A stretch of 42,859 nt of DNA from Nitrospirae bacterium CG2_30_53_67 (GTDB lineage: Bacteria > CG2-30-53-67), in assembly GCA_001873285.1 (NCBI GenBank), contig MNYV01000035.1, positions 1-42,859 on the forward strand, given 5' to 3'. Positions 29,490-38,280 of this stretch are shown in pieces. Numbering within the stretch: position 1 is the first letter of the stretch; the number at the start of each line of letters is the position of its first letter. The position numbers and the translations under genes are program-made. The notes below the pieces were generated by a model. That model saw only the letters and a list, made by a program, of their open reading frames with translations. It was not told where the DNA came from and did not search any database.

Positions 29490-30662
29490 ATGAACAGAAT
29501 CGTCTACCTTGATTATGCTGCATCTACACGCCCTTATCCCGAGGTCATTGAGGCCATGCAGCCCTTTTTTCTGGAGCATTTCGGGAACCCTTCCAGCTTC
29601 CATGTTTTCGGTACGGCCCCGAAGAAGGCTATCGAGCAGGCCAGAGCGGAATTGGCGGACCTCATCCATGCCAAACCTGAAGAGATCCTCTTCACGGCAT
29701 CCGGCACAGAGGCCAACAACCTGGCTGTCAAAGGGATTGCCATGGCCATGGAAAAGAAAGGAAAGCATATCATCACATCGGCCATTGAGCACTACGGTGT
29801 GCTTCATTCCTGCAAGATGCTGGAACGGCTGGGCTTCGAGATCACCTATCTCCCTGTGGACGAATATGGGATGGTAGACCCTGATGAGGTAGGCCGTTCC
29901 ATCAGGAAAGATACCATCCTGGTTTCCGTGATGCTGGCCAACCATGAAGTGGGAACCATCCAGCCGATCCGTGAAATTGCAGAAATCACACGCGGGAAAA
30001 AGATCCCCCTCCATTCCGACGCCCGCATGGCCGTGGGACATATCCCGGTCGACGTGGGAGCATTGGGCGTCGACCTGCTCACCATCTCAGGGCAGCACTT
30101 TTACGGACCCAAAGGGTCCGGCGCCCTTTTCATCAGTAGGGGGACCCGCATCCAGCCGCTGATCCACGGGGGCATACAGGAACAGGGGCGGAGAGCCGGC
30201 ACCGAAGATGTCCCCGCCATTGTCGGGCTGGGAAAAGCCTCGGTCATGGCAAAAGAAAAAATTCTTGAAGAGATGAAACGTATCGCCGCATTACGAAACA
30301 AACTGGAAAAGGGGCTGATCAATCAAATCGATGAATTGAAGGTGAATGGTCATCCGGAGAAACGTCTTCCCGGCTTTCTGAATATTTGCGTTAGATATGT
30401 GGAAGGTGAAGGGATGATCATGATGCTGGTCTCCAGGGGGATCATGGCGGCCAGCGGTTCAGCCTGTTCTTCCAAGGCATTGAAGGCGTCTCATGTATTG
30501 ACGGCCATGGGTGTGGACCATGCCACGGCACAGGGATCCCTCCTGTTCAGTCTCGGCAGGGAAACCCAAGAAGAAGATATTGATTATGTCCTTGCCGAGA
30601 TGCCCCCGGTCATTAAAAGGCTCAGAATGATGTCTCCCATCTATCCCGGGAATCGTTCCTGA
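29490..30662 (+). CDS. iscS: IscS/NifS-type cysteine desulfurase homolog lacking the PLP-binding Lys
   Basis: YLDYAA, GNPSS, SGTEANN, EH, GGIQE..RAGTE, SGSAC; SGQHFYGPKG in place of SGHKxYGPKG. Confidence 0.9.
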   Translation: MNRIVYLDYAASTRPYPEVIEAMQPFFLEHFGNPSSFHVFGTAPKKAIEQARAELADLIHAKPEEILFTASGTEANNLAVKGIAMAMEKKGKHIITSAIEHYGVLHSCKMLERLGFEITYLPVDEYGMVDPDEVGRSIRKDTILVSVMLANHEVGTIQPIREIAEITRGKKIPLHSDARMAVGHIPVDVGALGVDLLTISGQHFYGPKGSGALFISRGTRIQPLIHGGIQEQGRRAGTEDVPAIVGLGKASVMAKEKILEEMKRIAALRNKLEKGLINQIDELKVNGHPEKRLPGFLNICVRYVEGEGMIMMLVSRGIMAASGSACSSKALKASHVLTAMGVDHATAQGSLLFSLGRETQEEDIDYVLAEMPPVIKRLRMMSPIYPGNRS

Positions 30663-30691
30663 CATGGATAGGGAATCGAAAGGAGAAGACT

Positions 30692-31084
30692 ATGCAGCAT
30701 TCAGATTACAGTGAAAAGGTCATGGACCATTTTAATAATCCCAGAAACATGGGGGAAATCCGGAATCCGGATGGAGAAAGCCAGGTCGGAAATCCAACCT
30801 GCGGGGATATGATGCAGATCCAGATCAAGGTGGAGGATGGCAAGATCAAGGAGGCCAAGTTCAAGACCTTCGGCTGTGTTGCGGCCATTGCCACCAGCAG
30901 CATTTCAACGGAAATGATTATCGGAAAGACCCTTGAAGAGGCTGAAAAACTGACCAACGATGCCGTGGCCCTGGCTCTTGACGGGCTTCCTGCGCATAAG
31001 CGGCATTGCTCGGTTTTGGCGGCGGAGGCTATCCAGGCCGCCATCCAGAACTACCGGGAACATGCCCTCGGCGGCGCGAAATAA
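30692..31084 (+). CDS. iscU: Fe-S cluster scaffold IscU/NifU-N
   Basis: YSEKVMDHF.NPRN, NPTCGD, FGCVAA, KRHCS. Confidence 0.95.
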   Translation: MQHSDYSEKVMDHFNNPRNMGEIRNPDGESQVGNPTCGDMMQIQIKVEDGKIKEAKFKTFGCVAAIATSSISTEMIIGKTLEEAEKLTNDAVALALDGLPAHKRHCSVLAAEAIQAAIQNYREHALGGAK

Positions 31085-31102
31085 AAATAAAAAGGAACCT
31101 GT

Positions 31103-31498
31103 ATGGCGGAAAAAATGGCCCTGATCGTCTTCAGCAATGAGATTGACAAACTGATCGCTACCTTTAATCTTGCCTTGGGCGGGGCTTCCATGGGGATGGA
31201 TGTGGTTCTCTTCTTCACCTTTTGGGGGCTCGAACTCCTAAAAAAAGACAAGACCGGAGACAGTTATCAGAAACCGAATCCTTCACTGGAGAAGATGATG
31301 GCCCATCCTAAGTTTCCATCCATCGACCAGATGGTGAAGATGTGCAAGGAGATGGGGGTCAAGTTTATCGCCTGCACACAATCCATGGAATTCATGGGAC
31401 TCACCAAGGATGATCTCCTCCCTGTGGTGGACAGTATAGCCGGCGTTGCAACGTTCCTGGCCGATGCTGAAAACGCTAAAATCAATCTTCTGATATAA
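31103..31498 (+). CDS. DsrE2-like (DsrE/DsrF/DrsH-like) sulfur relay protein
   Basis: LFFTFWGL, IACTQSM, AGVATFL. Confidence 0.88.
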   Translation: MAEKMALIVFSNEIDKLIATFNLALGGASMGMDVVLFFTFWGLELLKKDKTGDSYQKPNPSLEKMMAHPKFPSIDQMVKMCKEMGVKFIACTQSMEFMGLTKDDLLPVVDSIAGVATFLADAENAKINLLI

Positions 31499-31513
31499 GG
31501 TAAGGAGGAAGCA

Positions 31514-31816
31514 ATGGGAACAAAGCAAACGACAGCCGTAAAAGCGGATGTAGTCCTTGACGCCTTTGGATTGATCTGCCCGATGCCGATCGCCAAGACC
31601 TGTCAGGCCATCAAGGGAATGGAGGTCGGACAGGTCCTGGAGGTCATCGCCGACGACCAGGGAATCGTTGAGGATATGCCGAGCTGGTGCCATACCACGG
31701 GGAATGAATTCCTCGGGATTGCGGAAGACCATGGTGAATATCATGCCTTCGTACGTAAGAGAGTCATCGACAGCAAAGAATGCCGTAGGCCCCCATGCAA
31801 TCATCCGTCTCAATAA
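31514..31816 (+). CDS. tusA: Sulfur carrier TusA/SirA
   Basis: LDAFGLICPMPI, LEVIADD, DMPSWC. Confidence 0.92.
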   Translation: MGTKQTTAVKADVVLDAFGLICPMPIAKTCQAIKGMEVGQVLEVIADDQGIVEDMPSWCHTTGNEFLGIAEDHGEYHAFVRKRVIDSKECRRPPCNHPSQ

Positions 31817-31887
31817 GGTTTTTCTATTGCTTTATGCAATTTTTTTTGTTACAAAGATATACAAGATGATCCCTATTTGAGGAGCCT

Positions 31888-32244
31888 ATGTCCGAAAAGA
31901 GAAGGGTTGCAAGAAAGATCAGCCGGACCAGAATCAGGTTCGGACAAGGCCGATGTGACAAAACCGCATTTACCAGCAACCTTTCAGTCAACGGCTTCTT
32001 TATTCGAACCAACCGGCCCTTTGCCCCGGGAACCCTGCTCGAGTTCGAGATAGATCATCCCAACGGCCATGTAATCCGTCTGGAGGGGCAGGTCGTGCAT
32101 GCCAGCCGTACCCTGGCGTCAATCTCCAGGGTCCGCCGGAGCGGAATGGGGATTGAACTCTTGGAAAAACCCGAAGAATATCTTGACTATCTTAAAAATC
32201 TAAGAAAAACGACCATCAGAGAAGAACCTGAAGACCCATCCTAA
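31888..32244 (+). CDS. Stand-alone PilZ domain protein
   Basis: RxxxR (RRVAR) and NLSxxG c-di-GMP motifs, GMGIE. Confidence 0.88.
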   Translation: MSEKRRVARKISRTRIRFGQGRCDKTAFTSNLSVNGFFIRTNRPFAPGTLLEFEIDHPNGHVIRLEGQVVHASRTLASISRVRRSGMGIELLEKPEEYLDYLKNLRKTTIREEPEDPS

Positions 32245-32406
32245 GTGGCCCTATTCGTAAATACGGTCGCATTCGAGTGCCGTAGGGCGGTCGGATCAGC
32301 GTTCCGCTCCTTGCGGCGTACCACAGGGGTACACCTCAGTCGCGCGCCTTGATGAGACCGCCCTACGACCCTCTCGGTACGTTACCATATTTACGAACAG
32401 GACCAC
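32245..32406. mobile_element. MITE-like element 3
   Basis: TIRs gtggccctattcgtaaatacggt / accatatttacgaacaggaccac (20/23), flanked by TAA on both sides; inner perfect 12-bp IR cgtagggcggtc / gaccgccctacg. Confidence 0.8.
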
Positions 32407-32583
32407 TAAGGATAAGACTTTCCCTTCATTTTCGTGCGCCTGCCTGTTACAGACAAAATAAAACTTTTCATTTATTTTTCAGAAAAAGTCGGTTTTTTAT
32501 CATTTTTTTTGTGACTTTCCCCCTTTTCAAACCACTATATAGACAGAAACGGATTGATTAACCAGGCAAAATTAGGGGGCGAT

Positions 32584-32961
32584 ATGCAATTTCCGGATAC
32601 CACGCTTATTGAGGGGGTTCTCTCAAAGGACAAGAAGGCATTTGAAATGATGTATGAGACCTATTTCCCGAAGATTTATAATTATACTTTTTTTCATGTG
32701 GGCGAGAAAAAACTGGCCGAACAGATGACCGAGGAGATTTTTATCGAATTGGTCGGCACACTCGATCAATATACCAAGGGATTCTCTCTGGATCAGTGGA
32801 TCTTCAGGATCACTAGAAGGCACATGAACCCAGTTAAATCGCGGCAAAAGGAGGGGGATGCCCATCCGATCCGGAATGAAGATATCAGCCTCACCGATTT
32901 TTTTAAATTCGAGGAGGCCCTGTTGGCACATCGTCATCATGAAGTCATATACGGAGGTTAA
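32584..32961 (+). CDS. ECF sigma factor region-2-only protein
   Basis: D..AFE.MYE.Y..KIYNY, AEQMTEEIF, QWIFRITR; no region 4 HTH. Confidence 0.75.
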   Translation: MQFPDTTLIEGVLSKDKKAFEMMYETYFPKIYNYTFFHVGEKKLAEQMTEEIFIELVGTLDQYTKGFSLDQWIFRITRRHMNPVKSRQKEGDAHPIRNEDISLTDFFKFEEALLAHRHHEVIYGG

Positions 32962-32967
32962 AGCAGC

Positions 32968-33192
32968 ATGGCAAAGAAAGTCACCAAACATTCATGGCTG
33001 CATGATCCTGATCAGAAACAGCAATTGAACTGTTCAGATGAGATTGAGGAGCTTGAAAAATTTCATGAGGCGGATCAAATGCCGATTAAACCGTCTGAAA
33101 AGTTCAAATCAGATCTCAAGGAAGAGCTTTGGAAAATCCTGAAGAATAAATACTACATCGTCTTTGCCTTAAGTATATTCTTCTTCGGGTGA
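32968..33192 (+). CDS. Small protein with C-terminal TM, possible mini anti-sigma
   Basis: RBS ggagg; PSEKFKSDLKEEL followed by a hydrophobic tail; coupled to the sigma2 gene. Confidence 0.6.
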   Translation: MAKKVTKHSWLHDPDQKQQLNCSDEIEELEKFHEADQMPIKPSEKFKSDLKEELWKILKNKYYIVFALSIFFFG

Positions 33193-33318
33193 GTTCTTCT
33201 TCCGGAATTTTTAGAACCCCCCTGACAGGTAGTTAAAGAATAAGCTATAAATTCTCTTTATTCTTTCCCAAATAATACTTAATTGCTTTTCCCGCCCTAT
33301 CATCCCATACTGAATGAT

Positions 33319-34107
33319 ATGGATACGAGTCTTCTGGCCATACTCTTCTTGCTCGGCCTCTCCGGAGGTTTTGTCTCAGGACTTCTGGGAATCGGGGGAG
33401 GGATCATCATGGTCCCCCTCCTGCTCTATGTCCCCCCGGCGCTGCGCCTGGGCGCCCTCTCCATGAAGGAAGTGGCCGGCATGACTTCGGTCCAGAGTTT
33501 TTTCGGCGCAGCGTCCGGAGCCGTCGCCCATAAAAGACATCGACAAGTCAGCGCTCCTTTGGCCTGGGTCATGGGATCCGGCATGGGAACCGGGTCCCTC
33601 GCAGGGTCCTTCGGCTCCAAGGTCGTCTCTTCGGAGGCCATCCTCATCCTCTTTGCGCTCATGGCCCTGACGGCTTCCATCCTGATGTTCTTCCCAATTC
33701 CCGAATATGACGGGCAGGAGTCCGATGTACGGAATCTGATATTCAACAGGCCTCTTGCCTTGGCCGTCGGCTTGTCCATCGGCCTTCTATCCGGCATCAT
33801 CGGTCAGGGAGGCGCCTTCCTGTTCATTCCGGCCATGATTTATATCCTCCGCATCCCCACAAGAATCACCATCGGGACAGCCATGGTCATCGGTATGGTC
33901 TCCTCGGTCTCGGTTCTGATCGGCCGGATGGGAACCAACCAGATCCCCTATCTAAAAGCAGGGGTCCTGGTTGCAGGGGTACTGATCGGGGCGCAGGCCG
34001 GCGCGGCCGTAAGTCAGAAAACACCGACAGCCGTCCTCCGTAAAATCCTGGCTGTGATCATTGCAGCCACGGCCGTCAAGATCGGGTATGAACTTCTCAT
34101 CACATAA
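33319..34107 (+). CDS. Sulfite exporter TauE/SafE family
   Basis: SGLLGIGGG..VP, SGIIGQGG..IP, IGAQAGA; multiple TMs. Confidence 0.9.
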   Translation: MDTSLLAILFLLGLSGGFVSGLLGIGGGIIMVPLLLYVPPALRLGALSMKEVAGMTSVQSFFGAASGAVAHKRHRQVSAPLAWVMGSGMGTGSLAGSFGSKVVSSEAILILFALMALTASILMFFPIPEYDGQESDVRNLIFNRPLALAVGLSIGLLSGIIGQGGAFLFIPAMIYILRIPTRITIGTAMVIGMVSSVSVLIGRMGTNQIPYLKAGVLVAGVLIGAQAGAAVSQKTPTAVLRKILAVIIAATAVKIGYELLIT

Positions 34108-34132
34108 AGGATTCATAGAAAAGGAGAAAAAC

Positions 34133-34459
34133 ATGAATAAAATTAAAGTTAGATTCTTCCTAAATGAACCGAATGGCAAAACGTGAAACCATTTTAAGCA
34201 AATGATGCCCAGTTTGGGCATCAAATACGAAATAGAAATAGAAACCATCACAAAACCCCGGGCGGAATACCGCACCAGAGAGTATCTTAAGCAGGGTTTA
34301 CCAGCGGCGCCGGCCATTATGGTGGGGAACGAAATTGTTATCGCGGGATCGAATATTTCGGTGGATAAACTTGAAGCCGTTATCTGCCGACATTTGGGAT
34401 TATCCACACCGGAGCCGCAAAAGAAAAGTTTGACTGATCGTTTATTCAAGAGTAACTAA
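34133..34459 (+). CDS. tsoC: Selenoprotein with thioredoxin-like fold, NEPxGxxU motif (TsoC-like); UGA at 34184-34186 read as Sec
   Basis: RBS aaggag + ATG; MNKIKVRFFLNEPNGKT-UGA-NHFKQMMP continues in frame into ORF 34202-34459; SECIS-like hairpin follows; PAAPAIMVGNE cis-Pro motif. Confidence 0.82.
34203..34223 (+). promoter_or_regulatory. Bacterial SECIS-like hairpin
   Basis: tgatgccc-agttt-gggcatca, perfect 8-bp stem with loop G (34212) 26 nt after the UGA. Confidence 0.72.
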
Positions 34460-34528
34460 TGCAATAACCGGGATGAAGACATAGTATCAGATATTGAGGG
34501 GCTGTTAACTACAGATGGGGGTGTAAAG

Positions 34529-34951
34529 ATGGAGAAGATAATAAAGAACGTGTCGGTAATGTGTTTTCATGATGAATTATGTCAGGTTTACAATGCGCTT
34601 ATGACGGCGCTGAGCCTTCTGAGGGAGGGCTCAAAGGTAACTATCTTTTTCGGCTCGCGCGGCGTAAATGCGATTCACAAGGATAAAGTAAAAGACCTTA
34701 AATGTATGCCCGACGCACCGGAAGAGGTAAGCAATGCAGTGATGAAGAAGATGGAAGAGATGAACCTCCCGACCGTGGAAGATCTGTTTGTTATGTTGCA
34801 TATGGAAGGTGCAAGGCTGCTCGCCTGCCCTTTGAATGTCCCGTTGTTCGGTATGAACAGAGACAACTTTGTGGAAGGAGTTGAAATCGCGGACCCCGCT
34901 ACATATTATAAAGAAGTGGTTGTGAAGGCTGACATGAACCTGACATTTTAA
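34529..34951 (+). CDS. DsrE-like family protein
   Basis: VTIFFGSRG, LLACPLN, ADMNLTF C-terminus. Confidence 0.78.
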   Translation: MEKIIKNVSVMCFHDELCQVYNALMTALSLLREGSKVTIFFGSRGVNAIHKDKVKDLKCMPDAPEEVSNAVMKKMEEMNLPTVEDLFVMLHMEGARLLACPLNVPLFGMNRDNFVEGVEIADPATYYKEVVVKADMNLTF

Positions 34952-35085
34952 AACCAAAAAAAGAGGTTGTCCCTGATTTTCCTTTGAGAGTCTCTATGAT
35001 ACCTAAAAAACATGGATGAAGATGTCTTAAAAAATTCATCAGGAAGGTTCCCAAGCAAATTACGCTGTGAGAATGGAGGTCAAAG

Positions 35086-35874
35086 ATGACGGCAAACTTA
35101 GGTATCACCTTATTTACCCTTGGCCTGGGCGGCGGGTTTCTATCCGGTCTTCTCGGTCTCGGCGGTGCGATCTTCATGATTCCCTTGCTGCTTTATGTGC
35201 CGCCGTTCCTCCACGTGGGACAGCTCACCATGAAGACCGTGGCGGCCATCTCCATGGTCCAGGTCCTGTCCGCGTCGATCTCGGGTGTGATCGTCCATCA
35301 TAAGAACCGTTTTGTCAGCAAGAAACTGATTGCAACCATGGGAATCACCATGGTCGCCGGCGCTCTTTCCGGTTCTATCTTGTCCAAAAGATCGAGTTCT
35401 ATCTTTCTTCTCGGCATCTTTGCTGTAATGGCCTTGATTGCAGCGGTGATGATGTTTATCCCGAAACGGGAACAGGGTTCGGAGATTGACCCGGAGTCTA
35501 TCACTTTCAATAAGCCGGCCGCGGCGCTTGTCGGTTTGTTTGTGGGTTTTTTCGGCGGAATGGTGGGCGCGCCCGGTGCGTTCATTCTCATCCCGATCAT
35601 GATTTATATCCTTAAGATTCCAACACGAATTGTCATCGGATCCACACTCGGGATTGTCTTACTGGGGGCTGCTGCCGGGACCATTGGAAAACTTGCGACT
35701 GGGCAGATTATCTGGCCCATGGCGCTTTTGCTCGTTGCAGGAACCATACCTGGGGCGCAGATCGGCGGCGCCGTGAGCAAAAAGACAAAGGTTCAGACGC
35801 TGCGTATTCTGATCGCCGTCATCATTGCGATCACCGGTTTGAGAATGTTCTATCAGGTCTTTACCGGGAGGTAG
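35086..35874 (+). CDS. Sulfite exporter TauE/SafE family (second paralog)
   Basis: SGLLGLGG..IPLLLYVPP, GGMVGAPG, PGAQIGG. Confidence 0.9.
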   Translation: MTANLGITLFTLGLGGGFLSGLLGLGGAIFMIPLLLYVPPFLHVGQLTMKTVAAISMVQVLSASISGVIVHHKNRFVSKKLIATMGITMVAGALSGSILSKRSSSIFLLGIFAVMALIAAVMMFIPKREQGSEIDPESITFNKPAAALVGLFVGFFGGMVGAPGAFILIPIMIYILKIPTRIVIGSTLGIVLLGAAAGTIGKLATGQIIWPMALLLVAGTIPGAQIGGAVSKKTKVQTLRILIAVIIAITGLRMFYQVFTGR

Positions 35875-35939
35875 AGAATTCGGATGCACATAGGGAGTAA
35901 CCCCGTATTTGCGAATCCATGAAAAGAAAGGGAAACACC

Positions 35940-36299
35940 ATGAGCAAAAAAATCACTTTAGTCATCACGCACTCCACGGATAATCACGACCGGGCCAACG
36001 CGGCGATTGCCTTGGCAGCGTCTCTGATCAGTGAAGGGGCTGATCTGACCCTCTTTTTTATTTTCGAGGGGGCCCTAATGGCAAGAAAGGGCGTGGCCGA
36101 GACCATTGAAGGGAGATATTTGACGCCGGTTCGGGAACTCTTCCCCATGATTCTTGAAGCAAAGATCCCTATGTATGTCTGCGGGGCCTGTGTGAAGGCT
36201 TATGAGATCCCTGCGGACGAGATCATGGATGGGTTCCTGATCACCCATATCCCGACATTGGCCGGAGAGATGATGCAGGGAGAAACCATCACCTTCTAA
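35940..36299 (+). CDS. DsrE family protein
   Basis: LFFIFEG, YVCGAC, TITF C-terminus. Confidence 0.85.
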   Translation: MSKKITLVITHSTDNHDRANAAIALAASLISEGADLTLFFIFEGALMARKGVAETIEGRYLTPVRELFPMILEAKIPMYVCGACVKAYEIPADEIMDGFLITHIPTLAGEMMQGETITF

Positions 36300-36391
36300 A
36301 AAATCGGCGTCCGTTTTCCGCTCTTTTTATGCTGTAAACAACGCGGGTTATTTCTTTATTGTTTTTTTAATTCATATTTTCCTTGACTTAT

Positions 36392-36415
36392 CGTTATTCC
36401 ATGCTGTATATAACG
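36392..36415. promoter_or_regulatory. ModE operator overlapping a promoter
   Basis: CGTTAT-N12-ATAACG matches the ModE consensus; TTGACT at 36383. Confidence 0.8.
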
Positions 36416-36418
36416 CTA

Positions 36419-36793
36419 ATGCACAAAAAGCACAAAGGAAAGATATCGCCGGGTTTTCGAGGACGTATCTGGATTGATGGGGAAAAAGGAACCTTCCTGG
36501 GATATGGAAGAATTGTCCTTCTCGAAAGAATCCATGAGTACGGCTCTATTACAAAGGCTGCCAAGTCTATGGAGATGTCTTACCGAAACGCCTGGGAACT
36601 TGTGGACTCGATGAATACACAATCCAGTCAGCCGCTTGTTGAAGCAGCGACCGGCGGCAGGGGAGGCGGAGGCGCCATTCTGACTGTTGAAGGAGAGCAT
36701 GCAATCAAACTTTTCTGGGAATTTCATAAGGATTTCCAAAACTTCCTCAGGCATGAGGAACAAAAACTGATGCGGTCGAAAAGTAAACGGTAA
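36419..36793 (+). CDS. modE: ModE family regulator (winged-helix only, no TOBE domains)
   Basis: GRIVLLERI...GSITKAAKSMEMSYRNAW, GGRGGGGAILT. Confidence 0.88.
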   Translation: MHKKHKGKISPGFRGRIWIDGEKGTFLGYGRIVLLERIHEYGSITKAAKSMEMSYRNAWELVDSMNTQSSQPLVEAATGGRGGGGAILTVEGEHAIKLFWEFHKDFQNFLRHEEQKLMRSKSKR

Positions 36794-36824
36794 ATTAAGA
36801 CAAAAGATAAGAGGCGGTAACAAT

Positions 36825-37598
36825 ATGCTTAGAGGATTTTCACGTATATCAGTAGTTGTGCTTTTTATCGCAGTGATATTCTCATCTGTGACGTTTGCAG
36901 AATCACCAAAGGAAATAATCGTATCGGCGGCCGCTGATTTAAGCCGTGCCTTCAAGGAGATCGGGGCAGTATATGAAAAGGAAACCGGAGTAAAGGTGTT
37001 ACTCAATTTTGGCTCCACAGGCCTGCTGGCGCAGCAGATAGAAGGTGGCGCTCCAGTTGATCTTTTTGCCGCTGCAAACAAAAGCTACATTGACTCCCTC
37101 GAAGGAAAAGGTCTCATACTGCCTGAAACCAGGAAGCTTTATGCAGTCGGACGAATTACCCTCGCCACGCCAAAGTCATATGCAAAGTTAAGTTTTTTGC
37201 AGGATTTATTAAGGCCTGAGGTCAAAAAAATCGCTATTGCCAATCCGGCTCATGCGCCTTACGGAATGGCTGCGAAGGCTGCAATGGAGAAGATCGGCAT
37301 CTGGAAAAGGCTAAAAGATAAGTTGGTATTGGCTGAAAATATACGTCAGACCCTTGATTATGTTGAAACCGGGAGTGTGGATGCAGGAATTGTCGCCCTC
37401 TCCGTCAGCATAGGTTCAAATACAAACTTTACCCTTATTCCTGAAGAACTGCATCCTCGGATTGAACAGGCAATGGCTGTAATAAAAAACGGCCGCAATC
37501 CCAAAGAAGCAAAGGGATTTGCTGATTTTATAAACGGACCGGCAGGCAGGCCAATCATGAAAAAGTATGGCTTTGTTCTTCCAGTTGGAATGAAGTAA
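36825..37598 (+). CDS. modA: Molybdate ABC transporter substrate-binding protein
   Basis: SAAADL, FGSTG.LAQQI..GAPVDLF, IANPAHAPYG. Confidence 0.94.
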   Translation: MLRGFSRISVVVLFIAVIFSSVTFAESPKEIIVSAAADLSRAFKEIGAVYEKETGVKVLLNFGSTGLLAQQIEGGAPVDLFAAANKSYIDSLEGKGLILPETRKLYAVGRITLATPKSYAKLSFLQDLLRPEVKKIAIANPAHAPYGMAAKAAMEKIGIWKRLKDKLVLAENIRQTLDYVETGSVDAGIVALSVSIGSNTNFTLIPEELHPRIEQAMAVIKNGRNPKEAKGFADFINGPAGRPIMKKYGFVLPVGMK

Positions 37599-37602
37599 TA
37601 AC

Positions 37603-38280
37603 ATGGATGGGGACTTGAATAATTCTATCCTTTTTTCAGCGAGACTTTCACTACAGGTGGCATGGGTTGCCACGGCGTTCATCATCGTGACCGGTGTGCC
37701 GGCCGCCTATTTTCTCGCACGGAAAGATTTCAAGGGCAAAGAGCTTATTGATATTATTTTTACCCTTCCTCTTGTTCTTCCGCCTACGGTTACCGGGTAT
37801 TATCTTATTGTTATATTCGGGAGAAATGGATTGATCGGTAAAATGATATATGACCGGACAGGCTTCACAATCATGTTCACATGGTATGCCGCCGTCCTTG
37901 CGTCATTTGTTGTTGCCTTGCCGCTTATGGTCAAGACAGCCAGAGCGGCGATTGAGTCAGTGGATAGAAATCTTATCAATGCCTCTTATACACTCGGACA
38001 CGGAGAGATTGAAACAGCGCTCAGGGTTATTCTGCCTCTTGCCAAAAAGGGCATCATTGCCGGGATCGTTCTTTCTTTTGCACGGGCTATGGGAGAGTTC
38101 GGGGCGACTCTTATGCTTGCAGGCAATATACCGGGCAAGACAGACACGATGCCGCTTGCTATCTACAGCCTTGCAATCAGCGATGAATGGACTCAAGCGC
38201 ATACCATGGTTATCCTGCTTACTATCATGTCCGGCCTATTTCTCTATATCGCAAATATCTACACGAAGCGGAGCATATGA
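37603..38280 (+). CDS. modB: Molybdate ABC transporter permease
   Basis: LPLVLPPTVTGY, FARAMGEFGAT, AGNIPGKT. Confidence 0.95.
   Translation: MDGDLNNSILFSARLSLQVAWVATAFIIVTGVPAAYFLARKDFKGKELIDIIFTLPLVLPPTVTGYYLIVIFGRNGLIGKMIYDRTGFTIMFTWYAAVLASFVVALPLMVKTARAAIESVDRNLINASYTLGHGEIETALRVILPLAKKGIIAGIVLSFARAMGEFGATLMLAGNIPGKTDTMPLAIYSLAISDEWTQAHTMVILLTIMSGLFLYIANIYTKRSI

Noticed and set aside
33190..33225. UGA readthrough at other TGA stops (e.g. 33190, 30660, 23436)
   Set aside because: No extended downstream frame or SECIS-like hairpin, and the iscS and SOR proteins are complete at the stop
36791..36806. aattaagacaaa match to the putative Rrf2 operator between modE and modA
   Set aside because: Short AT-rich half-match not associated with a promoter; likely chance
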